DNA from: Octopus vulgaris | Taxonomy: Eukaryota | Direction: 5' to 3' | Assembly: GCA_951406725.2 (NCBI GenBank) | Contig: OX597814.1 | Location: 122,946,001 to 123,010,000, forward strand | Length of the DNA stretch: 64,000 bases | Part shown: positions 51,330-64,000 of the stretch, one piece after another | Numbering within the stretch: the first letter of the stretch is position 1 | Layout of the letters: every line of letters begins with the position of its first letter | Notes under the pieces: model-generated | The model's database searches: none | The model's input: the letters and a program-made list of their open reading frames with translations, nothing else | What the model was told of the DNA's origin: nothing | Made by a program: the position numbers and the translations under genes

Positions 51330-51732
51330 GACGTCGCACAGAATACAATATCGTGAGGTTATTGATTGAAGATATTGTGTTTACCGGGGATTTGTATTGT
51401 TTGTCAAGTCATAACAAGGACCTCAGACAGACAGTACTTTACGCAATATGCGTGCAGTTCCAAGTAATGCCGACTTTTGCAATACATTAAGATTGTAGGG
51501 TATCTCTAAGGTTTTCAGATTTTTTTTTTTTCAGATTGGATGGTATTGAATCCAGTGCTCCGATGACAATAGGCTTCACTTAAATGTTCAACTCTCGTAG
51601 CTGCCACATCTTAGCAATCTCAGTTCTCAGGTCTCCATATTTATTAACTTTTTCTCTTTCTTTCATGATGATATGTTGATCTCCTGGTGCTGCTACGTCG
51701 ATTATTAGGCACTCTTGTTTGTCCCTCCTATC
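51330..51732 (-). mobile_element. Third RLE-type LINE 3' fragment
   Basis: CLIIDVAAPGD..KEREKVNKYGDL..PIVIGALD..LQKSALLGTARILRKVL. The 3' end abuts (TTA)n/(TTG)n. Confidence 0.8.
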
Positions 51733-51743
51733 ATTATTATTAA

Positions 51744-52323
51744 GGCGGTGAGCTGGCAGAAACGTTGGCACGCCGGGCGAAATACTTAGCAGTAGTTCAG
51801 CTGCCGTTACGCTTTGAGTTCAAATTCCGCCGAGGTCGACTTTGCCTTTCATCCTTTCGGGGTCGATAAATTAAGTACCAGTTACGCACTGGGGTCGATG
51901 TAATTGACTTAATCCCTTTGCCTGTCCTTGTTTGTCCCCTCTGTGTTTAGCCCCTTGTGGGTAGTAAAGAAATGGGTATTTCAGCAACCGTTACGTTCTG
52001 AGTTCAAATTCCGCCGAGGTCGACTTTGCCTTTCATCCTTTCGGAGGTCGATTAAATAAGTACCAGTTACGCACTGAGGGTCGATATAATCGACTTAATC
52101 TGTTTGTCTGCCCTTGTTTGTCCTCTCTGTGTTTAGCCCCTTGTGGATAGTAAAGAAATAGGCATTTCGTCTGTCTTTACGTTCTGCGTTCAAATTCTGC
52201 CGAGGTCGACGTTGCCTTTCATCCTTTCGGGGTCGATAAAGTAAGTACCAGTTGTGTACCCGGATCGATTTAATCAACTGGTCCCCTCATCCAAATTTCG
52301 GGCCTTGTGCCTATAGTAGAAAG
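51744..52323 (+). mobile_element. SINE family A trimer
   Basis: One head plus three units; the last has the ccaaatttcgggccttgtgcctatagtagaaa tail. Confidence 0.9.
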
Positions 52324-52327
52324 GGTG

Positions 52328-52404
<77 letters not shown>

Positions 52405-53018
52405 TGTTATTAATGCAGTCGTTATTCTCATCTAAATTGTTAATATTTCACCGTACATTTCAGTCATGTTGGTGGTAGAATGGAGTGAAAGCGCAGTTAG
52501 TGATATAGAAAAAGATGAAATGGTGAAAGCTGACACGCCTTTGATGTGAGATCTGATTCTTCAACGGTTGACCTGGGCTAAACAGCAAAGGCATTTTCTA
52601 CTACTACTACTAGTAGAACATGTATGTATATATATATATGTGCGTGCTGCATTTTACATATTATTCTTCTAGGATTCTTAATAGTACATTTGAACTCCAT
52701 TATATATTATCTGAGTTATCATCAGACAATTTCCTTTTCTATATTCTCAATTGACAAACTTTAATATTCGAGAAAGAAGTATCGATAATCACAAATTATA
52801 AAATGGATATGAACAGTATGGATGAAGTAAAATGTCTGGGGGAAGCATTCTGCATACTAAATATGAATGCAGTTGGGCCCGATTTAGATATAATATAGTG
52901 AAATGAAAAACTTCGATCACGTGCGCTCAACAACAAAGGGAAACAACTACAGTAAAATCGTTTAATAGTAATTGTATTTAGTATGCAGAACACTTACTTG
53001 ATGCATTTTCCATCATCT

Positions 53019-53059
<41 letters not shown>

Positions 53060-54929
53060 TTGCCAACATTCGCATATGACTGAAATGTGTCTATTGCTAT
53101 TAACATTTAACTTTGAATACCAGGTTCGTTTCATTATCTATATCATTCAAAACTTTCGATCAACTGAACTTACTAGATTGATCTCCCTTGCTTTTTGGTG
53201 TAAATACCACACGCAAGTCGTTTTACCTATTAATCGCATGAATAATCTTCGTTGATCGAAGTTTTTCAGCCCACTGTATCATAATGTAAAATCCCTGCCA
53301 TTTGTTTATTTAAGATACAGAGCGTTCCCCAGTGGTATTTTTCCCCCAGCTGTATGATTGATATTTATAATCAGTGTCACACCATTCTTTCTATTTCTTT
53401 ATATATTAATATCACTTAAGTCTTAAGTAGTATCTTTCGCCTGAGAGGCTTTAGTAAGACCGAAATAACCCCAATGATTTCACCAGTCGGTTTAAAGACC
53501 AGATCCGCTCCAAAATCCCTTGTCTATATTGCCCAACAATTTCGATTAATCGATTTTAATGGAATTATCTATCTCGGTTGTTGTTTTGATATTTCAAGAG
53601 CAGCAAGGGGCTTTTGTCGACTACATCCTTGCATAATCTCAGTTAATCAAAATGTTTACCACTTTCTACATTATGTATGCGAGATCTACTCGAATTTATA
53701 AGAAGATTTGCTTTCAGTGTTGAAACACCGTTATTTAGACTTGAAACAAGAAAACTGAGAATGTGATTTCATTCCAAAACTTTCATTGTAGAATTGCTGA
53801 AAAGAATTTAAAGAAAAATGAATCCAAACGTTTTCGTTATATTACTTAACTAAATCATACGATTTGATAGTTTCAGTAAAGTTTTCACGAAAATAAATTT
53901 ATGACAGAACATTTCTAACTTAGAAATTGCCTGCCAAGTGTGTGCACTTACTTCCCAGTTTTTCTCTGTCTTCATTACTAGCAACCTCTATCCATCTTTC
54001 CTTTGCTTATTTCAGATTTGTGTTTATTTCAGAGATTTAACACAACAAATAACTTACAAGTATGATTGAATCTTGTGCTTGTGGTCTACAAACCAACTTT
54101 TTCGACCTCTTTAAAGCAGAATCACATGAAGGTGAGTGTGTTCTGTATTCAGATGGACGATGTTTTATACGTCTGATCAATATACTTTCGTCGAATTAAA
54201 AACTGAATTAGTCTTTGAATGCATTTAGGAAACGTGACCAGTTCTAAAGAAAGAGTGTTGGTTTTAAAAATAGGCAAGATGTTAAGATTGTATATTCTGT
54301 GAGGCAGAGAAGTCAACGATTCCAATCAACGCGGTAAATAGAAAATCTTTAAATTAATCCATCTTTTGTTTCCTTGTTTGCTTATGCATTAGTTTATTCA
54401 ATTCTGCCGTTCCATCCCCGGGGGGCAGTGATGGAAGCACGCCTCTTTTGTTCGATTACTGTTGAACAAGCTCCAGGACATGTGCAGTAATGATTACATC
54501 AGAAACACAACTACAACAAATTGATTTGATTAAACAAAGACAGGAGAGAAGTCATTATACTATGACTAAGTACATATCTATTGTCTGTCTCATTATGTAG
54601 TATTATTATTATTATTGTTTAATGCTATATTGCAATGTTCTCATAGGTTGCGACAAAGTATATAACCATAGTTTGTATTTAAGTAAGGGCGGTACATTAG
54701 CAGATTCGTTTTAGCGTAAACAAAACACACAGTGGCATTTAGTGGAAGGATTTTACTTAATAAGTTCAAATCCCATCGAGGTCGAGGTTGCTTCTCATTC
54801 GTCCTAGGTTGATAAAATAGTACCAGTCGAATACTGGAATCGATATATTCCCCCAAAGGGATTAACAAACTTGGTCATTCGTAAATGGAATGTATCTCTG
54901 ATCACCGAAAGACCAAGTGATTGATTCTA

Positions 54930-55495
54930 TTGGGTTGTCCGGAAAGTTCGTGCCGATTTATAGTAGCTTACCTTTCGACTTATTTTAGAACATGGTTGAG
55001 TCCATAAAATAGGATTTGACTACACCTCTATTTAGAGCACAGTTTAAGCTATATTTTCGTGGACGAAGGTTTATGTTCCTATAACCTGTGTTAATTGTGT
55101 AACCCTTTAAAATGGAAGATAAGAAAGTTCATTTTCGGCACTTGATGCTTTAGAAACCAGACAAAAATTGCTGCAGCTCGGCTGGGATGTGTTGCCCCCA
55201 TCCTTCATATTCACCAGATATTGCTCCTTCGGATTTCCACTTATTCAGGTTTCTGCAGATTAGTCTTAATGGTAAAAATTTCAATTCCTTGGATGACGTA
55301 AAAAGATACCTTGATGAATTATTTGCCATGAAATCACCTCAATTCTGGGAAGAGGGTATTTTCAAGTTAAAGGAAAGATGGAGACGCGTTGTGCAACAAA
55401 ATGGTTCTTATTTGGTTGATTAAAAATGTAATGGCAAGTATTTATTGACCTTTTCTTTCCTTTAAAAATCGGCATAAACTTTCCGGACAACCCAA
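54930..55495 (+). mobile_element. Mariner internal-deletion derivative, same family as 17196-18118
   Basis: Both TIRs (ttgggttgtccggaaagtt.. / ..aactttccggacaacccaa) with TA TSD. MEDKKVHFRHLML is joined to TRQKLLQLGWDVL..HPSYSPDIAPSDFHLF. Confidence 0.93.
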
Positions 55496-55849
55496 TATTT
55501 ACCCGGACGAGCAAATGGATTGATAAGTAGTAGTAGTAGTAGTAGTAGTAGGAGGAGGAGGAGGAGGAAGGGCAGCAGCAGTAGGAGGAAGACCACACCA
55601 AGTGTATGATTTTGGTTTGTATTGTAAGAAATATATATATATGTATATATATTCATAGTTTGTTTCACAAGTTAGTCTGGAAGTGAAGGTTTGGTATCCT
55701 TGTAGGATTTACGAGAAACCGGCTGTTATAGTGCGACTGAAAAGCTGATATTAACAATCGCTGAAATATATAAAGCTTTCAAATAATACCTGGTGCTATG
55801 AAATTCTATAAAAAAACAAAATCAATAATTCGCGCGAACCAGCATAAGC

Positions 55850-57410
55850 CTTTAGCAACAGTCACAGCTTTCATATGTTGAGTGATTCGTATAGGTTATG
55901 AACGGTTGTTGTGGGAATTTTGAGTAATTTTTCAAGTAAAATTTACTTTACCTCTTTCAGAGACGGTGGTGCAGGGAAGCGTCTCTCTACCTACGGTACC
56001 AAAATGTATCATAAACGTTCCATTATATTAAGATCTAATTATTGTGGGAGCCAATCCAAGTGATCTACTTTACTTCTGTGCATTTCATACCAATTTTGGA
56101 CAATATTAACCATGTGAACTGGTGCATTATCGTCCCTTTTGGCGCTGCCAACAGGGAAGAATGTTTATATCATAAGATGAACCTGATCAGCTAAAATACA
56201 TAAATAATCTGCCATGTAGGACAGCTGAGGGACCAAGAGAATTTCGTGATATTGTTGTCCAAATCATTACAGATCCACCTCTATGCTTCACCGTAGAGAC
56301 CAAACATTTCAAAGATGAAGGATTCCCTACGATTTTTCCATGCATAAACTCACCTCAAAATGGGCAAAAATATGAATGATAATTCATCAGAGAAGACAAC
56401 ATTGCTACATCAAACCACTGACCATTCTGATAGCCGAGACACCGTTTTTCTGCTAATCCACATTGATAGGAGACAGGAGAGGTTTAACAGTTATAGTCCC
56501 CCCGCATGGTATCCAGCTTTATGGAGTTCACAATGAAAGACTTTGGTTGGTGCAGTGTTGTCAAGATGATAGTTTAGCTCTACAGTCACTTTTGCTGCCA
56601 TAGTTTGATGAGTTTAGACACAAGACTTTTCACTATTCGGCACTTCCTTTCAGAGAGATTTGTCTTCCGTCTAGAATTATGTTTATTGCCAGAGATAGTT
56701 TTAACTTGGTATTGAGAATTCAGAGATAATTCTAAACATTGAACCTCTTGAAACATTAAGCAATACATCAATTTTACTGACTGTTGCTCCTGGCATCCAC
56801 GCTCCAATAATTTATTTATCTGGAAATCAGATAGTTCACGCATTTCGGCTTTAAGTATAAATATCTGTAAAAAGAAAAGGAAATTGCTATATTATGAAGT
56901 ACAAGGCATTCATAATGGATATAAATATATATATATACAAACTAGAACAGTTTTGAATTTATCATGCTTATTTCTTTATTGCCCACAAGGGGCTAAACAT
57001 AGAGGGGACAAACAAGGGCAGAAAAACGGATTAAGTCGATTACATCGACCCCAGTGCGTAACTGGTACTTATTTAATCGACCCCAAAAGGATGAAAGGCA
57101 AAGTCGACCTCGGCAAAATTTGAACTCATAACGTAGCGGCAGACGAAATACATATTTCTTCACTACCTACAGGGGGCTAAACATCGACTCCAGTACGTAA
57201 CTGGTACTTATTCAATCGACCCGGAAAGGATGAAAGGCAAAGTCGACCTCGGTAGAATTTGACCTCAGAACGTTACGGCAGACGAAATACTGCTAAGCAC
57301 TTCACCTGGCGTGCTAACGTTTCTGCCAGTTCGCCGCCATATTGTCATACTGCCAACAGAAAAAAAGTAGTTTAATAATAAGAGGTGCTTCCATTATTTT
57401 GTCCAACTCT
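55850..57410 (-). mobile_element. Tc1-like (DD34E) transposon, decayed, with SINE insertion
   Basis: MRELSDFQ start, FSDE, DDNAP and WLPQ*LDLNIME. TIR-like gagttggacaaaataatggaagcacc at ~57385-57410. The left boundary is approximate. Confidence 0.75.
56968..57339 (-). mobile_element. SINE family A dimer
   Basis: Head at 57339 plus two body units. Confidence 0.88.
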
Positions 57411-57680
57411 TATAGGTATTTGTATTCTTTCTTCAATTAAGGAAGTTTCAATTAACAGAGAATTTTTTCCTGTCACTTAGTACATCACCCTTACTTTATT
57501 TGTACGCAGTAAATTAAGAAATGGTTGGTAACGTTTGAGTTTAAATTGAATTGTACTCAGTGGACTTTATGACAATGCAATTTAACATTTATTGCTGTTT
57601 ATCATATGTCAGGATGGTCTAGCAGTAAGCAATGCTAACGTTCCAAACAATAGGTTATATGGAAAGTTATATTTTGAAGA

Positions 57681-57835
57681 GGCGGCGAGATGGGAGAAAA
57701 GTTAGCCCGCCGGGTAAATGCTTAGCGGTAGTTCGTCCATTCATAGGTTCTGAGTTCAAATTCTGCAGATGCCGAGTTTGCCTTTCATCCTTTCGGGGTC
57801 GATAAAATAGGTATTAGTTGAACAGTGAAGTCGAT
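57681..57835 (+). mobile_element. SINE family A, diverged
   Basis: ggcggcgaga..gttctgagttcaaattc..tttgcctttcatcctttcggggtcgataaa. Confidence 0.75.
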
Positions 57836-59986
57836 TGTGACCGGCTTAACTATTCCTGGGCAAGAGTATAAGAAAACTGTACCTTTCTTCCGAGCTACGT
57901 CGAGCCAGTGTGACAAAGTAAGTTGGGTCTTTTATGGAGAGAACATGCCGAGCCCTTCGTCCTGCAGTTGATTGAACATAGGTGACCTAATCCAACTCAA
58001 TATTTTGAAAACTTTCGCCCCCTAAAAGAGGAAGAAGATCAGTAAATTACTGTGATGTTATTGGAAGTGACTCACAACTTAAAATAGGGGATCTATGAAA
58101 GCTAACGGCACAACATTGTTAGATACATATTGATTCTGACAGCTTGAAGAAGAAAGATCGTCTGTTCTAAAGTTCATGTGTCGGCTAATGATGTGAAACT
58201 TTTCTGCAAGACAAAGATCGCAGTATTTTTATTCGTTCCTAAGCGTTGATGTTTTGTCTATTGTTGCCTGTAAATTTTAAAATTTCATAGCGCTTCACAT
58301 GTCCTCATACCTGAAGGTTCACTGAAAGCTAAAGGAATCAATCTCTTCCAATGCAAACTCATTCAGTTTATTGTAGCGTAAATTTATCTCTATATACGAT
58401 TACTTCACTGAGGAATTTGTACAGAGGAATCAGATTTTCTTCTTGTAGTTTGTTAGATTTCCGAAGTTTACTTCGTATACTACCGTCATTATATAACACT
58501 AACTGTAGGCCTCGAATTTAGTAGAGAATATAATAAATTACATCGCGCCAGCACTTGACTCTGGGAGGGTGGAAGATGAAGTTTGAATTCAGAATGCAAA
58601 GAACAGAACTTTAACCACTATCACAAGGTATTTTGTCCAATGCCTCAATGATTCTGCCAACCCACGCTTCTGCAGACAATATATTGCCATCAAAGTCAAC
58701 AGGTTGCTTATGAAATTATCACAGATCTCTATACTGCCCTCTAAAGAAAAAAGCATTTAACACCCAATGGCCAGTGCGCATGTTTATGGAGAGATATGAT
58801 ACAAACTATACAATTTACTGATGTTGAAAGTGTCAGTGTTATACAATCTGATTTGTGTTGCGTGTGATTTTAGAGCGTTCTTGAATCCTCCCGTGGATTT
58901 ACTTTGAGACTAATAGACTCCATCTTACTCAAGATAGATCAAAAGAGGATAAACTTCAATGGTCTGCTAGCGTATGAGAATATTCAGCAACGGATGTGAT
59001 TACCTGGTGAGAGATGTGGGGTTGTCGATGGACGACAAATAAGAAGTGTAGGATGACGTCATATGATCACTGTGTGATGAATGTTCACAGAACTGAAAAC
59101 AAGCTGTTGCTGATACTGCTGTTGTTGTTGTTGCTTCTGCTGTTGTTGTTGTTGCTGTTTTACTTCAGTTCAGCTCTGACCCTGCATACCTATGATCAGG
59201 TGTTGTTGAAGACATTTCGTATCCGAGAACTACATTATCCATTGTGTCCTTCCGTTTGCCACCATAGAATGTGGTTCAAGAGATACTTCGCTGCTATTTC
59301 AAATGAATGGCGGTTGTGGCTCACACAAAGATAACTTCGAACTTTACATCACTCTTGAGGTACACCCACCATTGACAGGATAAAATTTGGAGAGTCCCTG
59401 TTCTTTTGACATACACTATTATAAAACTCCAAACCAGTTGCGATAATCCTGTCTCTTAGTATATCTAGGACAGTAAGTGTAATCTGAGAAAATTTAGTTG
59501 ATGATTTTTAGCAAGTAGGATTATTGTGTTCAGGCTCTTCGTTGGTTCGTTTTCAGATAGATGGATCACATATGAGGGTTAGCTTTGCAAGCTGATCATC
59601 CTAGCAAAGACTGTTAAAACGGTTGTCGATGTTATGAACAATAAGATTACATTCATTGAAGTTTTGTTTTTCTCTTCGTCTATCTCTCATCTCTCTATAT
59701 ATATATAATTCTTCTAGCTGGGGTGATCATAAATATATCGAACAATAACATAAACAAAATATTAAGCTGTAAAATAGGAAAGGATAAAACAATAAATATG
59801 GTATGAAACATTGCAAAATAGACTTCAGGAAAAGGAAAAAATAAAGTTTTGAGATGACTACCACAAATATCTGATGAGACTGAGTAGACAAGGCATCCAT
59901 TTTATAAAATATTACATTTATCTACACACATGCATATTCATATAAAAATAGATAAATTATACAGAAAATATGTATGTGAGTGTATG

Positions 59987-60025
<39 letters not shown>

Positions 60026-60026
60026 A

Positions 60027-60084
<58 letters not shown>

Positions 60085-60135
60085 AACATATAAGTTTATG
60101 TGTTCGTATCTATATGAGGAGTATATTTACATACA

Positions 60136-60265
60136 TATACATACATATATATGATTGTACACACAGATATATACCTTTACATATAAATGTATATATATAT
60201 ATATATATATATACATTCATATGTAGAGGTATATATCTGTGTGTACAATCATATATATGTATGTG
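60136..60265. repeat. Fold-back palindrome centred on (TA)n
   Basis: Arms tgattgtacacacagatatatacctttacatataaatgta and tacattcatatgtagaggtatatatctgtgtgtacaatca are reverse complements with 2 mismatches. Confidence 0.85.
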
Positions 60266-60438
60266 TGTATACACGCATATGTATATATACATATGCATAT
60301 ATACATAGATGTATATATATATATACATATATGTATAAATGTAAGTTTATGTGCGCTCATCTATAAATATGCGTGTGTGTAGATACATATATATTTATAT
60401 ATGCATATATTATTTATATACATACGTACATACATACA

Positions 60439-60472
<34 letters not shown>

Positions 60473-61228
60473 AACACACTTCTATGCACGAATATATATG
60501 CATATATATATATATATATCTATATATGTTCTTATACATAAATATGTACGCACACATATTACTCCTATGTTTGTATATGTATTTATATGTGCTTCCAAAC
60601 ATCTTGGATCATTAATAAAATGATATACTGTATTTGTATATAAACCACAATTATAGCAGCGATGCACTATTATAAATCACACAAAGTAAAACGAAACCAC
60701 ATACATCTCCAAGCCCCGACCAATTCCAACTCTGCCATGTTCCAGCCCGAGCTCCGTCTGTAAATTTATTGGCAATAAATTCTGACATTGCTTTTCCTAT
60801 GCATTGCGTCACTGCTTTCAATCAACCGCCGTTGCTATTGGAGACCATTCTTTTAAAGGAACCATTAATACTATTGAAGTCAATCACAAAATAGTATATA
60901 TAGATATCTATATTGCTTTTCTTCGAAAATTTTCTCTCCTAATTTCTTCGCCAATTCTGGCAATTGGTGGTCATGTGATACTGCGAATGTATCCTAGCCC
61001 TCTAACGGTAGACTAACACTGGTCAATAAACAGGAAGACATGGACGTTTCATGACTAGAATAAAGAAGAACAATTAATTGTTGAACACGTGATATAGAAT
61101 TGAGAGCATCCGAGTGACCTGTTAAGTCTTTATTACAACCGGACGTTCTTCAACTGACCAACTTTATATGCGTATACGCATGTGCCTATATATGTTTGCA
61201 AGTATGTGTGTGAAAGAATGCACATATA

Positions 61229-61294
<66 letters not shown>

Positions 61295-61337
61295 GATATA
61301 TATATACTCGCACATATGTATATGTGTATATACATAC

Positions 61338-61389
<52 letters not shown>

Positions 61390-61961
61390 ACGTATGTATA
61401 AGTGTGTGTGTGAGAAAGAGAGAGAGAGAGAGATGCACATGTCTGGCAAAAGACTGTGACGGAAGTAAAAGAATTACAGAGTGAAAGACAAAAATTAGCC
61501 ATTCAAAACACTAAGGCTGTTAACTTGGCTTGAAACTTTATTATTTAGTGTCAAAATGTTCGACGCGCTTACTGCGACCTGGTCACTGACACGGTTTACA
61601 TGTATATTGCGCGTGGGTTTGCAGGTGTGTGAGTGAGAGTGTATCGTACTATGCTACAAAAAGAGAGAGAGAAAAAACAACGAAATCTTCCTTATATTAT
61701 ACCAGACTGACTTGAAACCGGAAACACAAACCAAACATTATAATCCTGTATATGCAAAACCAAAATGGACTACCTTGAGCTAAACAATAACAAAAAAGTA
61801 CGAAAGAAAACAAAGCGAGTTTAAATAAGAAAATGAATGATAATTTTTGTTTCTCTCTACCTTTTCCTCTTTCACCTTTCTTTTCTTTCTGTGTCACGCC
61901 CTCTCTCCTGTTCACTTCTTTTACAGTTTTTTTACACCCTCCCTACCTTTACATCTCTCTT

Positions 61962-61997
<36 letters not shown>

Positions 61998-62164
61998 TAT
62001 TAATCACCCCTGCGAGAGATTTGAACTCACAACGTAGAAGTACATACACAAATACCACATGTGTTTTATCCACCGATTTACAGATTTACTTCATTCTTAG
62101 CTTGAAATCTTCAGAGCTTGGAGGTTGAGGAAAATATCATGGTATATGTGTTTAGAAAATTAAA

Positions 62165-62550
62165 TAGTGACTGTGTGGTAAGTAGCTTGCTTACCAACCA
62201 CATAGTTCCGGGTTCAGTCTCACTGCGTGGCATATTAGGCAAGTGTCTTCTACAGTAGCCTCGGGTCACCAAAGCCTTGTGGGTGGATTTGGTAGACGGA
62301 AACTGAAAGAATCCCGTCGTATATATGTATACATGTGTGTGTGTGTCTGTGTTTGTCCCCCCCAATATCGCTTGACAACCTATGCTGGTGTGTTTGCGTC
62401 CCCGTAACTTAGCGGTTCGGCAAAAGAGACCGAAAGAATAAGTACTAGGTTTACAAAGAATAAGTCCTGGGGTCGATTTGCTCGACTAAAGGCGGTGCTC
62501 CAGCATGGCCGCAGTCAAATGACTGAAACAAGTAAAGGACTAAAAGACTA
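62165..62550 (+). mobile_element. SINE family B
   Basis: Near-consensus copy. Confidence 0.9.
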
Positions 62551-62595
62551 AAGTGAGACGTTTTCTCAACAAGGCCTCCCAATACTGATTGCAAA

Positions 62596-62790
62596 TTTTG
62601 ACACAAGGCCAGCAATTTCCGGAATAGGGATAACTCTATTACTCCAGTTCACAACTGGTACTTATTTTATCGATCCCGAAAAAATGAAAAGTAGAATGAA
62701 CCTCGGTGATATTTGAACTTAGAACATAAAGATAGCTGAAATGCCGCTACGCATTTTGACCGGCATGCTGGCGATTTTGCCAGCTCGACG
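62596..62790 (-). mobile_element. SINE family A, diverged
   Basis: caactggtacttattttatcga..tttgaact..gccagctcg. Confidence 0.7.
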
Positions 62791-63494
62791 TCTTACATAG
62801 GCCTTTGAATACTAAGATAGGAATTCTCAGTCTTTTCGTTGTTCTTTATTGGTAATTAGGTTTGAAATTCTGATTTGAAATCTGCTGCATTGTAATTACC
62901 CTTCTATACGTCCAGAATCGATTAGCTGGAACGACTGAGCTGACAACGTATAAAGCAGAAATAAATTGCTTCAAAATCCTTTTCAGAACCTGTTTTATCA
63001 TTCCGGACAGTGTTCTTGAGAGAAAAATAGGATTTCAAACCAGAAAAAAAAACAAATAAAGAATTCTTTCCAGTGTTTGTATCATTAACAAAAATCTGGT
63101 ATTACCAAATGGTAATAGATGTTGAAATTCCTGTATGATAAAATCACAAAATTGTTTTAACTGTGTTACAGAAACTGCGTATATATGAAAATGTTTGAAG
63201 GCTTTTCGCAGTAAATGGTACAATATCAACTGGTAATAGATCAATAGTTGTTTGGAGACAGTTGTACACAATATATGTGCACCATGGCCAATGCTAGCAA
63301 TGGATCAACTCGATATGGTTGTTAATTGATTACATGAGTTATTCTGTCATTTTTGTTCTGTACCACCAAAAATTGTGCAACAATTTTCTCCACAAAATCT
63401 GAAAACTTATGTCCATCGATCCAACTTTATCAATAACTGAAAGTCAGACATTAGTCAGGAAAACTCAGCATTTCGAGCATCTTCTTGCCTTGCA

Positions 63495-63622
63495 TACCAG
63501 CCACATGGTTCCGGGTTCAGTCCCACAGCGTGATATCTTCGGCAAATGTCTTCTACTATTGCCTCGGGCCGACCAAAGCCTTTTGAGTGGATTTGGTAGG
63601 CAGAAACTGAAAGAAGCCCGTC

Positions 63623-63710
<88 letters not shown>

Positions 63711-63925
63711 TTGTGTGTGTCTGTGTTTGTCCCCCCAGCATCGCTTGACAACCGATGCTTGTGTGTTTACGTTCCCGTAACTTAGAGGTTCGGCAAAAGA
63801 GACCGATAGAATAAGTACTAGGCTTACAAAGAATAAGTCCTGGGGTCGATTTGCTCGACTAAAGACGGTGCACCAGCATGGCTATAGTCAAATGACTGAA
63901 ACAAATAAAAGAATAAAAGAATAAA
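63495..63925 (+). mobile_element. SINE family B with (aataaaag)n tail
   Basis: Near-consensus, slightly 5'-clipped. Confidence 0.9.
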
Positions 63926-64000
63926 AGAATATTGCTGTTGACCAGGAATAATGCAGAGTATCATTTTGGCAACTTTTCTTTCGAGGCATCCATAGTAATT

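Noticed and set aside
53436-53470. ctgagaggctttagtaagaccgaaa hammerhead-like string
   Set aside because: The core is one base short, stem II is imperfect, and there is no stem III, NUH or stem I.
57840-58300. Possible decayed CR1 RT (ANDVKLF resembling ADD-KL)
   Set aside because: Too degenerate to support by eye.
59871-59900. CTGATGA motif
   Set aside because: No downstream stem II and GAAA.
62505-62535. SINE B tail agtc-aaat-gact-gaaac-aa-gta resembles half a hammerhead
   Set aside because: There is no NUGANNA core upstream. It is better explained as the LINE-derived 3' recognition stem-loop.

Overview
AT-rich, repeat-saturated animal genomic DNA with no recognisable host protein-coding exon. 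The SINE families and microsatellite load suggest an octopus (coleoid cephalopod) intergenic or intronic region; this is inference. Contents: (i) many tRNA-derived SINEs of three families; (ii) decayed Tc1/mariner, Tigger and DD41D DNA transposons and MITEs; (iii) LINE fragments (RTE, R4/Dong-like RLE, L1/Tx1, CR1-like); (iv) Penelope-like elements (PLE; RT plus GIY-YIG). The most notable system is the PLE set. A very young 3.9 kb head-to-head fold-back PLE (two ~1.7 kb near-identical arms) sits inside a (TA)n tract, and a second PLE family also lies between TA tracts. Their 3' UTRs carry minimal type I hammerhead ribozyme motifs with non-canonical but compensated cores (U3-A8 in one family, A3-U8 in the other, instead of C3-G8) and a palindromic ACCGGT stem III. 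Further short hammerhead-bearing non-coding pieces sit next to microsatellites. Other oddities: a nested multi-stem hairpin at 23.8 kb, a GC-rich uninterrupted RTE fragment, a stack of RLE LINE ends in (TAA)n tracts, and SINE multimers with a recurrent junction. Most ORFs in the track are microsatellite artefacts.
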